Shown here one piece after another: positions 39,253 to 51,045 of a stretch of 64,000 nucleotides of DNA. The stretch is from positions 590,429-654,428 of the forward strand of contig JAQGDQ010000094.1 of assembly GCA_030141605.1 (NCBI GenBank). The letters run 5' to 3'. A model generated the notes under the pieces. The model was not told the DNA's origin and made no database searches. It saw only the letters and a program-made list of their open reading frames with translations. The position numbers were made by a program, and so were the translations under genes. Numbering within the stretch: position 1 is the stretch's first letter; each line of letters begins with the position of its first letter. The stretch comes from Tubiluchus corallicola. Its lineage: Eukaryota; Animalia; Priapulida.

Positions 39253-40590
39253 ATGGCCTGTTCATCGTCCAAAGACTACTCCATAGATATGGCGGCAATA
39301 TGGAAAAGAGCAAACTGGTCTGAAAGATTGTCCAGCCTGTTTGATAGTGGTACGTTGCAAGACGTTGAGTTCATCGTAGGTGAAAAACGCATCACAATAA
39401 GAGCAAATAAACTCGTCTTGTCGTTGGTAAGTCGAGTATTTTTTACAATGTTTTATGGATCACTACCAGAGGTCACTAACACACCTATTGAAGTTCCAGA
39501 TATCAGAGTGAAAGTGTTCAACATTTTTCTCGAATTTGTTTATACCGACAGGATTCCCATAACTGATTGTAGTGTGTTATGTCATGATGGGGTTCCTTCA
39601 GCATTTGAACTAATTTATGTGGCCAAGAAATATGACGTGAGAAGGTTGGAAAGCATTGCGGCTAAGTACATTATGTCACATCTGACAGTTGATAATGTGT
39701 GTGATGTCATTAGAGAAAACTATTTGTACGAAAACCGGGACGTGCACGAACAGTGCTATCAACTAATTGATTTGTACCCGCTGGATGTGTTTACGTCTAA
39801 GAGTTTCACAAAGCTAGCCTACACAGAATTGCTGGAAATAGTTAAGAAAATAAACAACAAAATTTCTGAATTATCAATTTATGAATCAGTTGTTGGATGG
39901 GCGCGGGCTCAATGCGCCCGGAAAACACTGGCGACTTCTACTGGTAACATTCGCAACGAAATGAGCGACGTACTGTACGAAATTCGTTTTCCCTTGATGG
40001 ATCTGCAAGAGTTTGCGGATGGACCCGCTCAGTCCGGCATATTAACCGATAGTGAAGTAGCTAACATTTTCTTAAACAGGCATGGATCATTAAACAAAGT
40101 ACAGCTGATTTTTCCCGGAGAAAATAGGTGCGATTTTATGCTAAACTCACAAGACTTTAGGGGTAGGCCTACGCTTGTCTTTAGAGTGCCAGTACAGCAC
40201 ATTGATGGACTTCAACGCGGAAAAGGAAAGTGGTTTTCCTCTAAACCATGTTATCCTATTGCGGGAGTGTCCTGGGCGCTAGAACTTAGGAAGTGTGGCC
40301 CACTTACCTGTAATTCTGAGACTGAAAAAGGCCAAAGTTGTTGTTTTCATTTCCGGTTTGAACCCCATTGTGCAGCAGAAGAACGAAGAACTAGAACATT
40401 GTTCAGGGAATCCAGGATAGTGCTGGTGAATCTTGATCCACAAAAAAGCATCGAAAAAAAGCTGGCTGAGGACAAAACACCAGCTATTTGGTGGGAAGAC
40501 AACTTCATTTCGTCACGTGACTTGCTGACATTTGAAAGTGGCTTTATTATTGCTGACGTGATTACAGTTTACTTTATACCATGTGTTTAA
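39253..40590 (+). CDS. BTB/POZ-BACK protein (BTBD1/2/3/6-like) with a C-terminal MATH/TRAF-like domain; probable Cullin3 substrate adaptor; intronless
   Basis: BTB: DVEFIVG...IRANKLVLSLVSRVFFTMFYG...IEVPDI...FLEFVYTD...AKKYDV. BACK and BTBD1/2/3/6 hallmark: IRFPLMDLQEFADGPAQSGILTDSEVANIFL. The C-terminus has a MATH-like pattern (SKPCYPIAGVSWALEL...NFISSRDLL...GFIIADVITV). First ATG is 39253; the track start is a GTG. Confidence 0.9.
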   Translation: MACSSSKDYSIDMAAIWKRANWSERLSSLFDSGTLQDVEFIVGEKRITIRANKLVLSLVSRVFFTMFYGSLPEVTNTPIEVPDIRVKVFNIFLEFVYTDRIPITDCSVLCHDGVPSAFELIYVAKKYDVRRLESIAAKYIMSHLTVDNVCDVIRENYLYENRDVHEQCYQLIDLYPLDVFTSKSFTKLAYTELLEIVKKINNKISELSIYESVVGWARAQCARKTLATSTGNIRNEMSDVLYEIRFPLMDLQEFADGPAQSGILTDSEVANIFLNRHGSLNKVQLIFPGENRCDFMLNSQDFRGRPTLVFRVPVQHIDGLQRGKGKWFSSKPCYPIAGVSWALELRKCGPLTCNSETEKGQSCCFHFRFEPHCAAEERRTRTLFRESRIVLVNLDPQKSIEKKLAEDKTPAIWWEDNFISSRDLLTFESGFIIADVITVYFIPCV

Positions 40591-41056
40591 CTAAGACACT
40601 TCAAGCAAATAATCATGCTAGTGTAATTATAAGAATCCACGCGAAAATAATATTGTAATTTGCATAAAATGAGACAAACTAATAAAGATTAACCGCATGG
40701 CAGCCATTCTAGTGCATGAGACAAAATTTTCATGTTGCGTATTTGTGCAAAATCGTAATGGCTAAAATCTGAAAATCTGAATGTAATGTTTTATTTTTAT
40801 AATGCAACTCAGTTGTGCTGTTTTATAGCCTATTAACTGTTACCGCTGCTGCTGCTGTTGTTGTTACTAAGACTGATAGAATTTTTTTATAACGACGAAT
40901 AAAAACGAACAGTCTTAAATTTTATTATTCTTATTAATACTTAGTCATTCTTTATCTAATTTAAAATTTCAACTTGCTGATTTATGTAGAAATGTAGCGA
41001 GATTAGATTAATTAAATTATGCTCTCAAAACAGAAAGTCCAATGGAAGTGGAAGTG

Positions 41057-41156
41057 TTTTATTAACTAACACTGATTGATTATCTCTGTAAAGTTTTTAT
41101 CGGTGATTATCAATGTATTTTAATGGCAAATAAAGATTATTATATATACATATATA
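41057..41156 (+). mobile_element. About 100-bp 5'-truncated copy of the LINE at 60369-64000
   Basis: ttttattaactaacactgattgattatctctgtaaagtttttatcggtgattatcaatg...taatggcaaataaagattattatatata is nearly identical to the reverse complement of about 60375-60475, including AATAAA and the (TA)n tail. Confidence 0.92.
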
Positions 41157-41810
41157 AGCAGAATAAAGTTGGAAACAGGTGTTTTGCAGCACATTGATTC
41201 ATTGAATGAATATCTGCACCCTGACATAAAATACTGACTTTCAACACAGCCAATGTAATATCAGTTAGTATTCAATGACTTAAAGTTGATTTTTCTTGAC
41301 CTGTCCGTTAAGAAAAGCAAGCATATGACGGGTGCGGAAATTCATTCAACATATTACAAAAAAAGGGCCGATTCCACGTTTATTCAACATCAAGTTCCAT
41401 CGGTCTTTCAAAGTTAACCTAATATCGCGAAATTTCAACATAATTCAAAACGTGAATTGAAGCGATAACTAAATTTTGACTACCCTGTAGTTCCTTATAA
41501 TAAAATTTACTGCACAGTTTCATATCCAAAAGCATCTGTGTGATTACGTATCATTTAGATCAAGCAGGCAGCAGGTGTGTTTGTATAAGATTTTGTTTGA
41601 GATATCTTTGTTTACCATTGATGCAATAGAGTTGATGTATTTCAGTGTGTAAATAAATTTGATTGTCATCAAACTACATTGTGAAAAATCGATTTGAGCT
41701 GCAAATAAGTAGTTTTTGCAAATGAAAAAGCTACACAAATACAACAATTTCCCACTACGAAACTCATGTTGTAGTGTTCAGACGTGGAAACATCAGACAA
41801 TGTTCCTAAA

Positions 41811-42995
41811 ATGATACCAAGGAAAGTTCATGTCAGAGATATTGATGCAGCATTACACACTGGTTTAAAAAATCAGCAATCAGTTGATAAAGTCAAGAGA
41901 AATGCAAAAAGGTGGTTGCATCCGAAGGTATACACCATCCAGGAAATAGAAAATAAAAGTACAGTGAAACCTGGCGATAACAACTACTATCGTGATTGTT
42001 CAGTAACAAGCAATGAGTTGTATTACAAATTGCACCCACTTTTGAATTCTGCAAGGATTTTCGGTCTCTTTCACCTTCCGAAACATCGGCCCGAAAATGC
42101 TTCTCTGCTTGCCTCTTTTTCTGGAGCCACCTGGTGGTCGCTCGTGACACTGCTGTGTGTTACAGCAATATGTGCAAAGTCATTGAAATCTGACACTGGC
42201 AAAGCTGACCTGACGACAGCCACCGGCATTGCACAGTCGTTTGTCTTGTTCTTGGAGGTAATTCTGGTTTTGGTTAGATGGTTCACATTTGTTGCCGGAT
42301 TCAAAATGGCGAATGTTTTCTCAGAATTTGAGAAACAACTTCCTCGTTATATCAATCACAGTAAAGTTACTAACATCAAATCACTTACACAAACTCTCAG
42401 AGAAAATCGGCTTTCATGGGGATTAACCTTGATGGGCTGGGCGGTGATTATAAGTACTTTTTTGTATGCAACAATAAACAAGGTTTTCGAGAACCTGAAT
42501 TCAACTATAACTCTACGTTTGGTATTTATAAATACGGTTTATGTTATCTATGACAAGTTTCAGTTGGCAACTGTCATTTTTGCTGCATACATCGTCGTCT
42601 CGTTGTGCAAAATATTAAATTCTAAATTTAGTTTTCAACACGATGGCCTACGATTGGATACTGACGAAAAGGTGAATAATTTCTTGGACAAGCAAAGAGG
42701 ATTCATTCTTCTAATTGAAGTTGTGGATGAGACAATATCACCAATGCTTTTGATGATTTGTCTCGGAAGTTTCATGGTGATCGTTGTTCAAATTTATCTT
42801 TACAGCCATAATTATCACTCCGGTATTCCACCAGGTTATTTACAGGAATTTGTCCACGTGTTTTCTACTCTACAAAGTTTCTCATTCCTACTGATTCTTA
42901 TCAGCTGTACAGCTCTGCACGAAAAAGTCATGCAAGTTGAAAGAATTTTACATTCTATAAAACGAAGTCAATTGGGAGAAATGGCCAGATATGAG
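41811..42995 (+). CDS. Grl: Gustatory receptor-like (7tm_7) variable exon V1 (N-terminus to TM6/IL3)
   Basis: Six hydrophobic segments, N-terminal LxPLLxxAxIFGLFH motif, ends GEMARYE|GTAAAT in phase 0 (395 codons from ATG 41811). Spliced to the constant exons it gives about 478 aa. Confidence 0.85.
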
Positions 42996-44128
42996 GTAAA
43001 TACATGAAATAATTCTCAGACCTGGCACTCTTCATATGCTATGTAGATTTTTTTTATTTCAGGAAATATAAAGAATAAAAGCAAGCATGTAGTGATGGAA
43101 AGTTAAACAGCTTCTAAGAAAATAAAACAAATTAGAACTGTTTGGAAATTTGCAGCAAGAGTTAGTTGTACAAGTGTACAAGCCACTAGAGCTCTAACAA
43201 TAAGAAAACAAAGGTAACACCTTGCCAAAACACACTCGATGGCTTGAAACACTTTATACGTGAGTGAAGTGCAACAGATAAAAGAAAAATATATATTTTA
43301 CATTAACTGTTGTTCAAAACAATTCATGTGCAGGTATTATTGCCTAAAAGGATGATGTTCTTCTATTCTTAGCCCTTAGCAGTTCCAGTGTTGGAAATTT
43401 TTTTCAAGTTTCTTTCCAGGTCTTTGCATCCGAAAACTGATTACACGTTCAAACTAATAATTAGTTGTCTTTAATTAAGTTACTGCACACTTGATAATTA
43501 ATAATAAAACCATTGCCTCCATACTCAACCAAGATCAGTCTCTGAATCATGTGAGATGCAATTTAAAAACTTTAAGATAGAGTTAATTGCTTACAACAGA
43601 TGTAGAGACGATTGCTGCTTTAATCTGGTACTTTAAGTTAAAAAAGTAAGCGTCTTATATCCAACGCTTATCACATCTTGTTGATTCCTAATATTCCAAT
43701 GCCACCTTCCTGGTGGGTCAATAACTAGATATAGTTGCTGTGCTGCAAATATTAGCAGTGTGACCTGCTAATTTTATTCTATCTGTGAATTATTCCATCC
43801 ATTACATCACTGAGGCACTTATTGCAGTATGCTATTATTTAACAATAAACGCCAACAATAAATGTGTGCAAGGCTGTTATGCATTTGTCTAGCAAATGGT
43901 AAATAGATTGAAATTAAAAGCATTTGTGTTTACACTACTTTGTTCTGCACAACATTAGCAAGCAACAGAAAAACCACCTTATTTATAGCAAAAACAATTC
44001 AGGACTTTTAGATCACGTTCAGAATTATTGCAATCGAGAAGTACTCCTCGTATGCTAGTTCAAGAAAAGGAAATAAATATTACTCAAAGTTAAACAAGAC
44101 AGGTGTTTTCGATTTTTCTACAAATGAT

Positions 44129-45241
44129 ATGAAGAAATCTAAAGACGTTTCAAAGCAAGTTGTGAGTACCATAAGTTGCATAGCTTGGAAATCATGTGAT
44201 GACGATCCTTCAATGCCCATCAACCGTGAAATGGAAGAAAAGAATTTCACAGAAATTTTGATGATGAATGATATGTATAAAAGCTTAAAACCTTTGCTGC
44301 AATCTGCCAAAGTTTTTGGATTATTTCACGTACCAAATCAATACCAGGAGAGTTTTCGCATGCTGTCATATTTTTCTAGAAGCACCACTTGGTCGTTCAT
44401 TGTTTTTCTTGGTGTAGTGTCAATTTGCATAAAGTCTTTGGTTGCAGATGTACAACATGCTAACCTTACTACAGCCAGTGGTATTGCACAATCATTCGTC
44501 TTACTGTTGGAAGTAATTCTCACACTTGTGAGATTTTTTGCATTCATTGTTGGGTTCAAGATGAGAAAGGTGTTCATCGAGTTTGACAAGATGGCATGCA
44601 AGAGGAAATCATATTTTGCTAAATCTGATTCAACTACAACCAAAATTTCTGTAACTTTTATATCCTATTTCCTGGCAGTAATTGGATGGGTTACAATGAT
44701 TGTGACATTTGTTTATGCAGCAATTCATAAAGTAAAAGTTCATATCGGCAACGACAATAATACTATGGGCAACATAATTATATCAGCAGCATATCTCATT
44801 TACGACAAATTTCAACTCGCAGTGGTAATATTTCCTGCCTATATCACTACTTGTCTGTGTATCACCTTGATACAAAAATTTAAAAATGCAAAACTTGGTG
44901 AAACCACAGACCAGAATCTTCACGTCTTCTTAGAAAAGCAAACCAAATTCATTCATTTAATCAAAGTTATTGATGAGACAATGTCACCAATGCTTTTGAT
45001 GATTTGTTTCGGAAGCTTCATAGTGGTCGTTGTTCAAATTTATCTTTACAGCCATAATTATCACTGTGACATTCCACCAGGTTATCTACAGGAATTTGTC
45101 CACGTGTTTTCTACTCTGCAAAGTTTTTCATTCCTACTGATTCTTATCAGCTGCACAGCACTTCACGAAAAAGTCATGCAAGCTGAAAAAATTTTACATT
45201 CTATAAAGCGAAGTCAATTGGGAGAAATGGCCAGATATGAG
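44129..45241 (+). CDS. Grl: Gustatory receptor-like variable exon V2
   Basis: Paralogous to V1; ends GEMARYE|GTAATT in phase 0 (371 codons); about 454 aa when spliced to the constant exons. Confidence 0.85.
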
Positions 45242-46894
45242 GTAATTACATTAAATAGTATCTTATGCTTATAAGGGACAGTTGTAGATGACGGAATGCT
45301 CAAAAAATCAAATCTCAAGTTCTGTTTTTGCTTGCTAATGGCATTCTAACAAAATATTATAAAGCACCTTTGCAAATACAGTTGCAATTATAAGACCATA
45401 ATAAAATAATTAACTGATCAAATGAATTAATAATTTACGTGTGAATGTTAAAATGTTACAAACTACAACAAAATTGCAAATGCAATGTTGCAAAGGCTAT
45501 AAAGGCTACAAAGGTAGTTTTACAGTCTATTGTTCTGCTGGATTCTGCATATAAACAGATTGAATCACTTGAGCATGTATGTATAGGCTAACAAATTTAA
45601 ATGTAAGCTTCATCCAAGGCTTGAAGGCCTGAAAGGTGGCTGCACATGACAGTATATCAGTTTATCCCCAACAATTATAGTTCTTTGTATTTTAGCCAGT
45701 GCAGTTCATTACACAAGTTGGGGTAATCCAGGTATGAAACTGTCTACACCATTGAGACTTTGCCAGTGGTGTAAATCGTGCCATCAGCTGCAAGTGAAAA
45801 CAGAGGCAATAAGCACATTTACCCGTGACATCACGTAGTGTCACCTTTAAACGCACAAGATTCTTGTACAGATTTTGTAACTTAAAATTAACATTTATTA
45901 TCACGTAAAGTAAAATTTTGCATTTTAGCACACTATATTTCTTTTATAAATTACTCCTAGAGTCACGTCTGAGGACTTCACGTATTTGAAATTGAAAAAT
46001 TACAAAATCGTGTTTATCTTATTTGCAGTTAACTGTGCAAGGTCTGTGAAGACCTTTTTATTGCTAATTTGAAAGAATATGCTTTCGCTCATTGAATCAT
46101 AAATGTTGACAATGCGTTTGTTTGCCGCTCCTCATATTTTTGCTATGGACGTCTCCGAATGCCTAATGTTTGCTTATAAACTCTGCTTTTAACAGAGGCT
46201 TGTTATCTCACTAGTTTTTACCAAAAATTGTTTCCTGTCAACTACAGTTTTACTTGCTTCAAGAAGGTCGACCTATCACTACCAAGTTATTAATAAAAAA
46301 AATTTCTCGCCCTGTTTTTAAACCTGTTTTTTACTGTGGGAATGCCTCAGCATATTACCATAATTCAACGCTGTCAGTTCTTTAGAACTTCTGTCTTTCA
46401 GATTTTATGACATTTCTGACTTAAAAAATGACGAAGAACATGGACATTCAATCGCACACACACATTGTGCATTGCGCCAAAAAAAATTAAAGGGGCAAAT
46501 GCTTTTTTTAATGATTTATTGGCTCTTTGTGTTGCCAACTGATCTATGTTCATCCAGCAGAGGATTAGTGTTGCCTAGTTCAGCTTTAACTCATCCACCA
46601 TAGAAGCCGAGAATAATCGATTAATACGTTCACAAGACTTTGAGTTTTTTCTTAGTTATAGTTTTAGCTGGTAATGAAATACTATTTTTTGAGACATGTC
46701 GAGGACAATCGTGTGAAAGTAACTTCTACAAAGCTCACAACTATTTAAGTATAGTCTTTTTTAATCTGAGTTCAGGGACTATTAGCGATCACCCTGACGA
46801 TTATAAAATTAGTCATGGTAATATGAACACATAATTAATTAGTTAATTAAATTTCGATACCAAACTTGCAAGACAGGCGTGTAAAATATTAGAA

Positions 46895-46966
46895 ATACTG
46901 TCTGTATTTGAACCACTGCCCTTCTGCTTACAAGGCAGATGCTTCAGATCAATAAGCTACTTTATT
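46895..46966 (-). pseudogene. tRNA-Thr(TGT)-like pseudogene or tRNA-derived SINE head
   Basis: Minus strand: TAGCTTATTGA (A-box-like), intact anticodon arm TCTGC-CTTGTAA-GCAGA, and GGTTCAAAT (B box). The acceptor and T stems pair poorly. Confidence 0.6.
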
Positions 46967-47540
46967 ACTCAGCGAAAAGTTTTAACATTTCCTGTCTATA
47001 AACTTTGGTATCAAAATTTAGTTATATGTGTTTTTGTAATATCTTTCATAACAATCTTGACATTACGATTATAATAATTAAAAGTGGTCTTGTTTACTCA
47101 AAACAAAGGCACAGTTAATAAACTTGGTACAACCAAAACAGGTTTAACTGCGAAGGTATAATAGTAGAAAGTACAATTTTAGTGTTTTTCATTCATGCAA
47201 TAATAATTTCTAAAATGAATGCCTTTTTATAATGAATGCTCATTATATAAGTCAGTTTCTTTTTTGACTTCGATCATGGTGTATAGCGTAGGAATTCTAA
47301 AGGAGAGAAGAAATCGCTGCAATTATGGGCAAACTGACTATTTACCCAATTATAAATGTATCAAAAGAAAATGTTCTCCAATGTTTCTTTGTTTGGCATG
47401 CAGCACTCAACCACATTTCCTTTGGCTATTGTGATCTGTTAATGCATCAGCTTGAGGCTTCTACGAAGGAACCTAGGTCACCAGAGTGCTTCAAACACTT
47501 ATACTTGAACGAAGTGATGTTTTTGTTAAATTGTTTCATA

Positions 47541-48677
47541 ATGGGCACCAGAATACCTTCTGCTCCAACAAATACTTTTAAGAACTCAGTAATAAAAAGT
47601 CCAACGAAATGGACACCAATTCAGACAATGGTTGGTGATGGAAAGCTTGCAAATAACGTGATTTCAGAGTCTGGCGACTTCATATTGTTGGACACAGTGA
47701 GTTTTTATAAAAGCTTGCATCCACTTCTAACGTTAGCTAAAGTATTTGGCCTATTTCACATTCCAAGTAGAAAAAACACGCAAAGGAGATTCCAAGCTCT
47801 TCTATGTGGCAGTACGACGTGGTCATTAGCAATGGCTGTTGGAGTCACAATAGTGTGTACCTACGACTTAATTACGGACTTGAGAGCTGCAGACTTGATT
47901 ACTCCAGCTGGTATAGCACAATCATTTGTACTTTTTCTCGAGGTTGTGAATACTATCATTAGATGGTTTGCTTTTGTTTCAGCTTTTAAAGTGACCAAGT
48001 TGTTTTCCAAGTTTGAGTGTACTACAGAAAACAGTGCCGAACGGACAAAACTACTTAGGCTCAAATTGTTTAAACGAGAGCTAAAAGACAGCACTGTCAG
48101 CTGGACATTAGCCTTTGTAGGATGGATTGCGATGAGCTGCACATTTTTAAACGCTTTAGTAGAGAAAGTGAAATATATCTACGAAGATACATCCATTAGG
48201 AGTTGCGTTTTAAATATCGTATTTTTATTCTACGATAAATTACAACTTTCCACGATCATGTTTCCAGCCTTTATTATAGTTGGTGTTTGTTGCACTCTGC
48301 TCTCCTACTTTGAAACTCAAAAGGAACCCCCGAAAGTCAATACCGATAAAAATGTGTTAAGTTATCTGAAGGGACAGTCAGCAATTATAGAAGTTATTGA
48401 AGTCATCGATGCAGCTATATCACCCTCGCTTTTCATGATTTGTTTCGTGAGTTTCATGGTAACTGGATTGCAAGTATATCTCTACAGTCACAACTATCAC
48501 TTTGGTGTACCAAAAGGTTTTATGCAAGAGTTTATATTCGTCTATTCTACTCTGCAAACTGTCTCGTTCTTATTAATTCTGATCGGCTGCACAGCTGTGC
48601 ATGAAAAGATTTTGCAAGCGGAAAGAGCGTTACGCAAAGTTGAACTTTATCAACTGGGTGACGTGGCACGCTATGAG
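47541..48677 (+). CDS. Grl: Gustatory receptor-like variable exon V3
   Basis: Paralogous to V1/V2; ends GDVARYE|GTATAA in phase 0. Start uncertain: ATG 47541 was chosen by paralog length, but the frame is open from 47325. Confidence 0.85.
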
Positions 48678-48745
48678 GTATAATATTGGGCCTATACCAA
48701 ATTAATTCTTTTTTTAAGGCATGTCGCCTCTGAAGTGAGGAAAAT

Positions 48746-49056
<311 letters not shown>

Positions 49057-50165
49057 AATTCTTTATTGCTATAAAATTTAGTAGTTTACTACCCATTCAA
49101 AAATTGACAGCATAACCAGTGTTTCCACTGCTGTGAGTATTAGTGTCAGGATAAAATAAAATTATGAGTAAAAACATGAGTGAAGCTATGATCATTACAT
49201 CGATTGCACAAAAGTCTACATTCATTTGACACGGTTCAGCGAGTACTTAACACAATTTACAATATTTGCAAGTAATAGTTTTGTCTAAGATATTAAAATT
49301 GTGTAAATATGAAATTGCATGAGTGGTTTTGATTTTTTTTGAGTTGGTGACACTACAAGTTGAATGTTGATAATAATAAAAAGGTGTGATTTGATATTTT
49401 GTATTAGGTCTTTTTGATGGCTAGCATGTTTTTAGTTCATTTTTGAATCCTTTTAGCGTCACTGCAGATTTTACATTAAATAGCTGAATACTCTTGCTTT
49501 TGTGTTAGTAACGGAAACAACACAGTAAAATTAAATAAAGCAAAAATAAAACAAAGCAAGAATAAAGCTCAGCGAAACAAAGCATAGACATAAAATATTA
49601 CAGCTTCTGAAACACACTGAGACTTGTAAAATCTGCATGTTACGATCAAAATAGAGTTTTGAAAATAATTTGTGTTGCCACTACTCAATGTTTAACGCCT
49701 TCATGCCGATTTTTATTTAGAATAATAGGTAAACAAGCAGAATGAAGCGAAGTATAAAATACACGACAATGTTTAGAGCGGCAAAATAATGTAAAATGGT
49801 CAGAAAAAAGAAAAAAATGCGACATGAAACAATAGTTATAACGAGGCAGCAGTACAATAATCATTATCGTTTATTAATATTATGACGACCAAATACTTAG
49901 CGCCAGTTTATCGATGAACATCACGTTTGTCAAACTGCTTGCCTTTGAATATTAATAAAATTAGGATGCAAATGCAGCTAAGAATTCAAGTTTATTGCAG
50001 CAAAATGTTTATGTTCACGGGTAAAGTCATTGGGTGAACGTAATTATCCGATGAGATTGAAAATGACGATGATGGTGGTGATAATGATTGTGATTGTTAC
50101 TCTGGTAATGACGAAAATGATAGTGATGGTGATAAATGAGAGCCATAATTGAATTGCTTTTGCAG

Positions 50166-50255
50166 GTACTTATTCATCTCCAACAACTATCATCAAGATC
50201 TATTGGCCTCACAATCTGGAAATTCTACGTCATCAATCGAAACTTTGCTTTTATC
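50166..50255 (+). CDS. Grl: GRL constant exon C1 (end of IL3/TM7a), 90 nt, phase 0-0
   Basis: ttgcttttgcag|GTA...ATC|gtgagt; encodes VLIHLQQLSSRSIGLTIWKFYVINRNFAFI, matching the GR pattern ..L....(G)(L/F)T.xxFFxIxR. Confidence 0.9.
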
Positions 50256-50375
50256 GTGAGTTCAGTTTGTTGCTATTTTGGAAATATAGCTTCGCCCAGT
50301 TTAATTTTTAAAGTGGAGATTAGATTTTTGATCTTTTCACTGATGAACTCAATAAACAGTTTTGTAACGTGAGGC

Positions 50376-50455
50376 GAGTTGAGTAGCGGAGTGGTCATGG
50401 CATGCGTTTGTCAGTGAATGGCTCGTAAGTGCCCGGGTTTGATGCTCCCTGAGGG
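50376..50455 (+). mobile_element. tRNA-derived SINE head / tRNA pseudogene in the last GRL intron
   Basis: A box TAGCGGAGTGGTC and B-box-like GGTTTGATGC at tRNA-like spacing; the cloverleaf is not intact. Confidence 0.45.
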
Positions 50456-50883
50456 AAATTTCATTCGCCATGCTAATTTCTTGTTGCGCATATTATACCC
50501 ATCTTCCGTACATATACATATATATGAATGTGATTAAAACAGCTCTACCAGCTCAGTGGTTCATCTTAATGGCTATTCATGATAACGAGTTTGGCATTGA
50601 TCTCCCCAAAAAACAGTGGACCTATTATTAAGAGCTGGATTTTGGGTTGCAATACATTTGCAATGTATTTTATAAAGATTAAAAATAAAAACGTGCTTTA
50701 CCTAAAGCACCTTCATCACAAAACAAATTCATATTTTGCTTTGAGTTCTTGTTGTCAAATAAACTCTTGAATAAAAGTTACCAAGCTAGTTTGTTACTAT
50801 TGCATGATAAATTTATAACTGTTATAACGTTTATAACTGTTGTTGAGTTGCTTAGTTTAACAATAAATGTTGTTGTTTTGCAG

Positions 50884-51045
50884 ATTGTCAGTGGTATCTG
50901 CACGTTTTTCATCGTGATAGTACAATTTCATCAGACAATTATTGGAAAGCAACAGACAAACGTGACACTCCTTATGGACGCCTTTGCCAATGAAGCTTGT
51001 CATATCTGCAGACGATTTCTCAACAACCTTAGTGATCCTGATTAG
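50884..51045 (+). CDS. Grl: GRL constant terminal exon C2 (TM7b, pore-lining helix)
   Basis: tgttgttttgcag|ATT; encodes IVSGICTFFIVIVQFHQ...LSDPD*, containing the GR/GRL signature T(Y/F)hhhhhQF. Confidence 0.9.
   Translation: MVSGICTFFIVIVQFHQTIIGKQQTNVTLLMDAFANEACHICRRFLNNLSDPD

Noticed and set aside
46895-46966. Functional tRNA-Thr gene
   Set aside because: The anticodon arm is intact but the acceptor, D and T stems are degraded; kept only as a pseudogene/SINE head.
43090-47200. Candidate private terminal exons after V1 and V2 (e.g. tgcag|GTATTA at 43333, ttccag|GTCTTT at 43419, ttcag|ATTTTA at 46401)
   Set aside because: All hit in-frame stops within about 13 codons and show no similarity to C1/C2.
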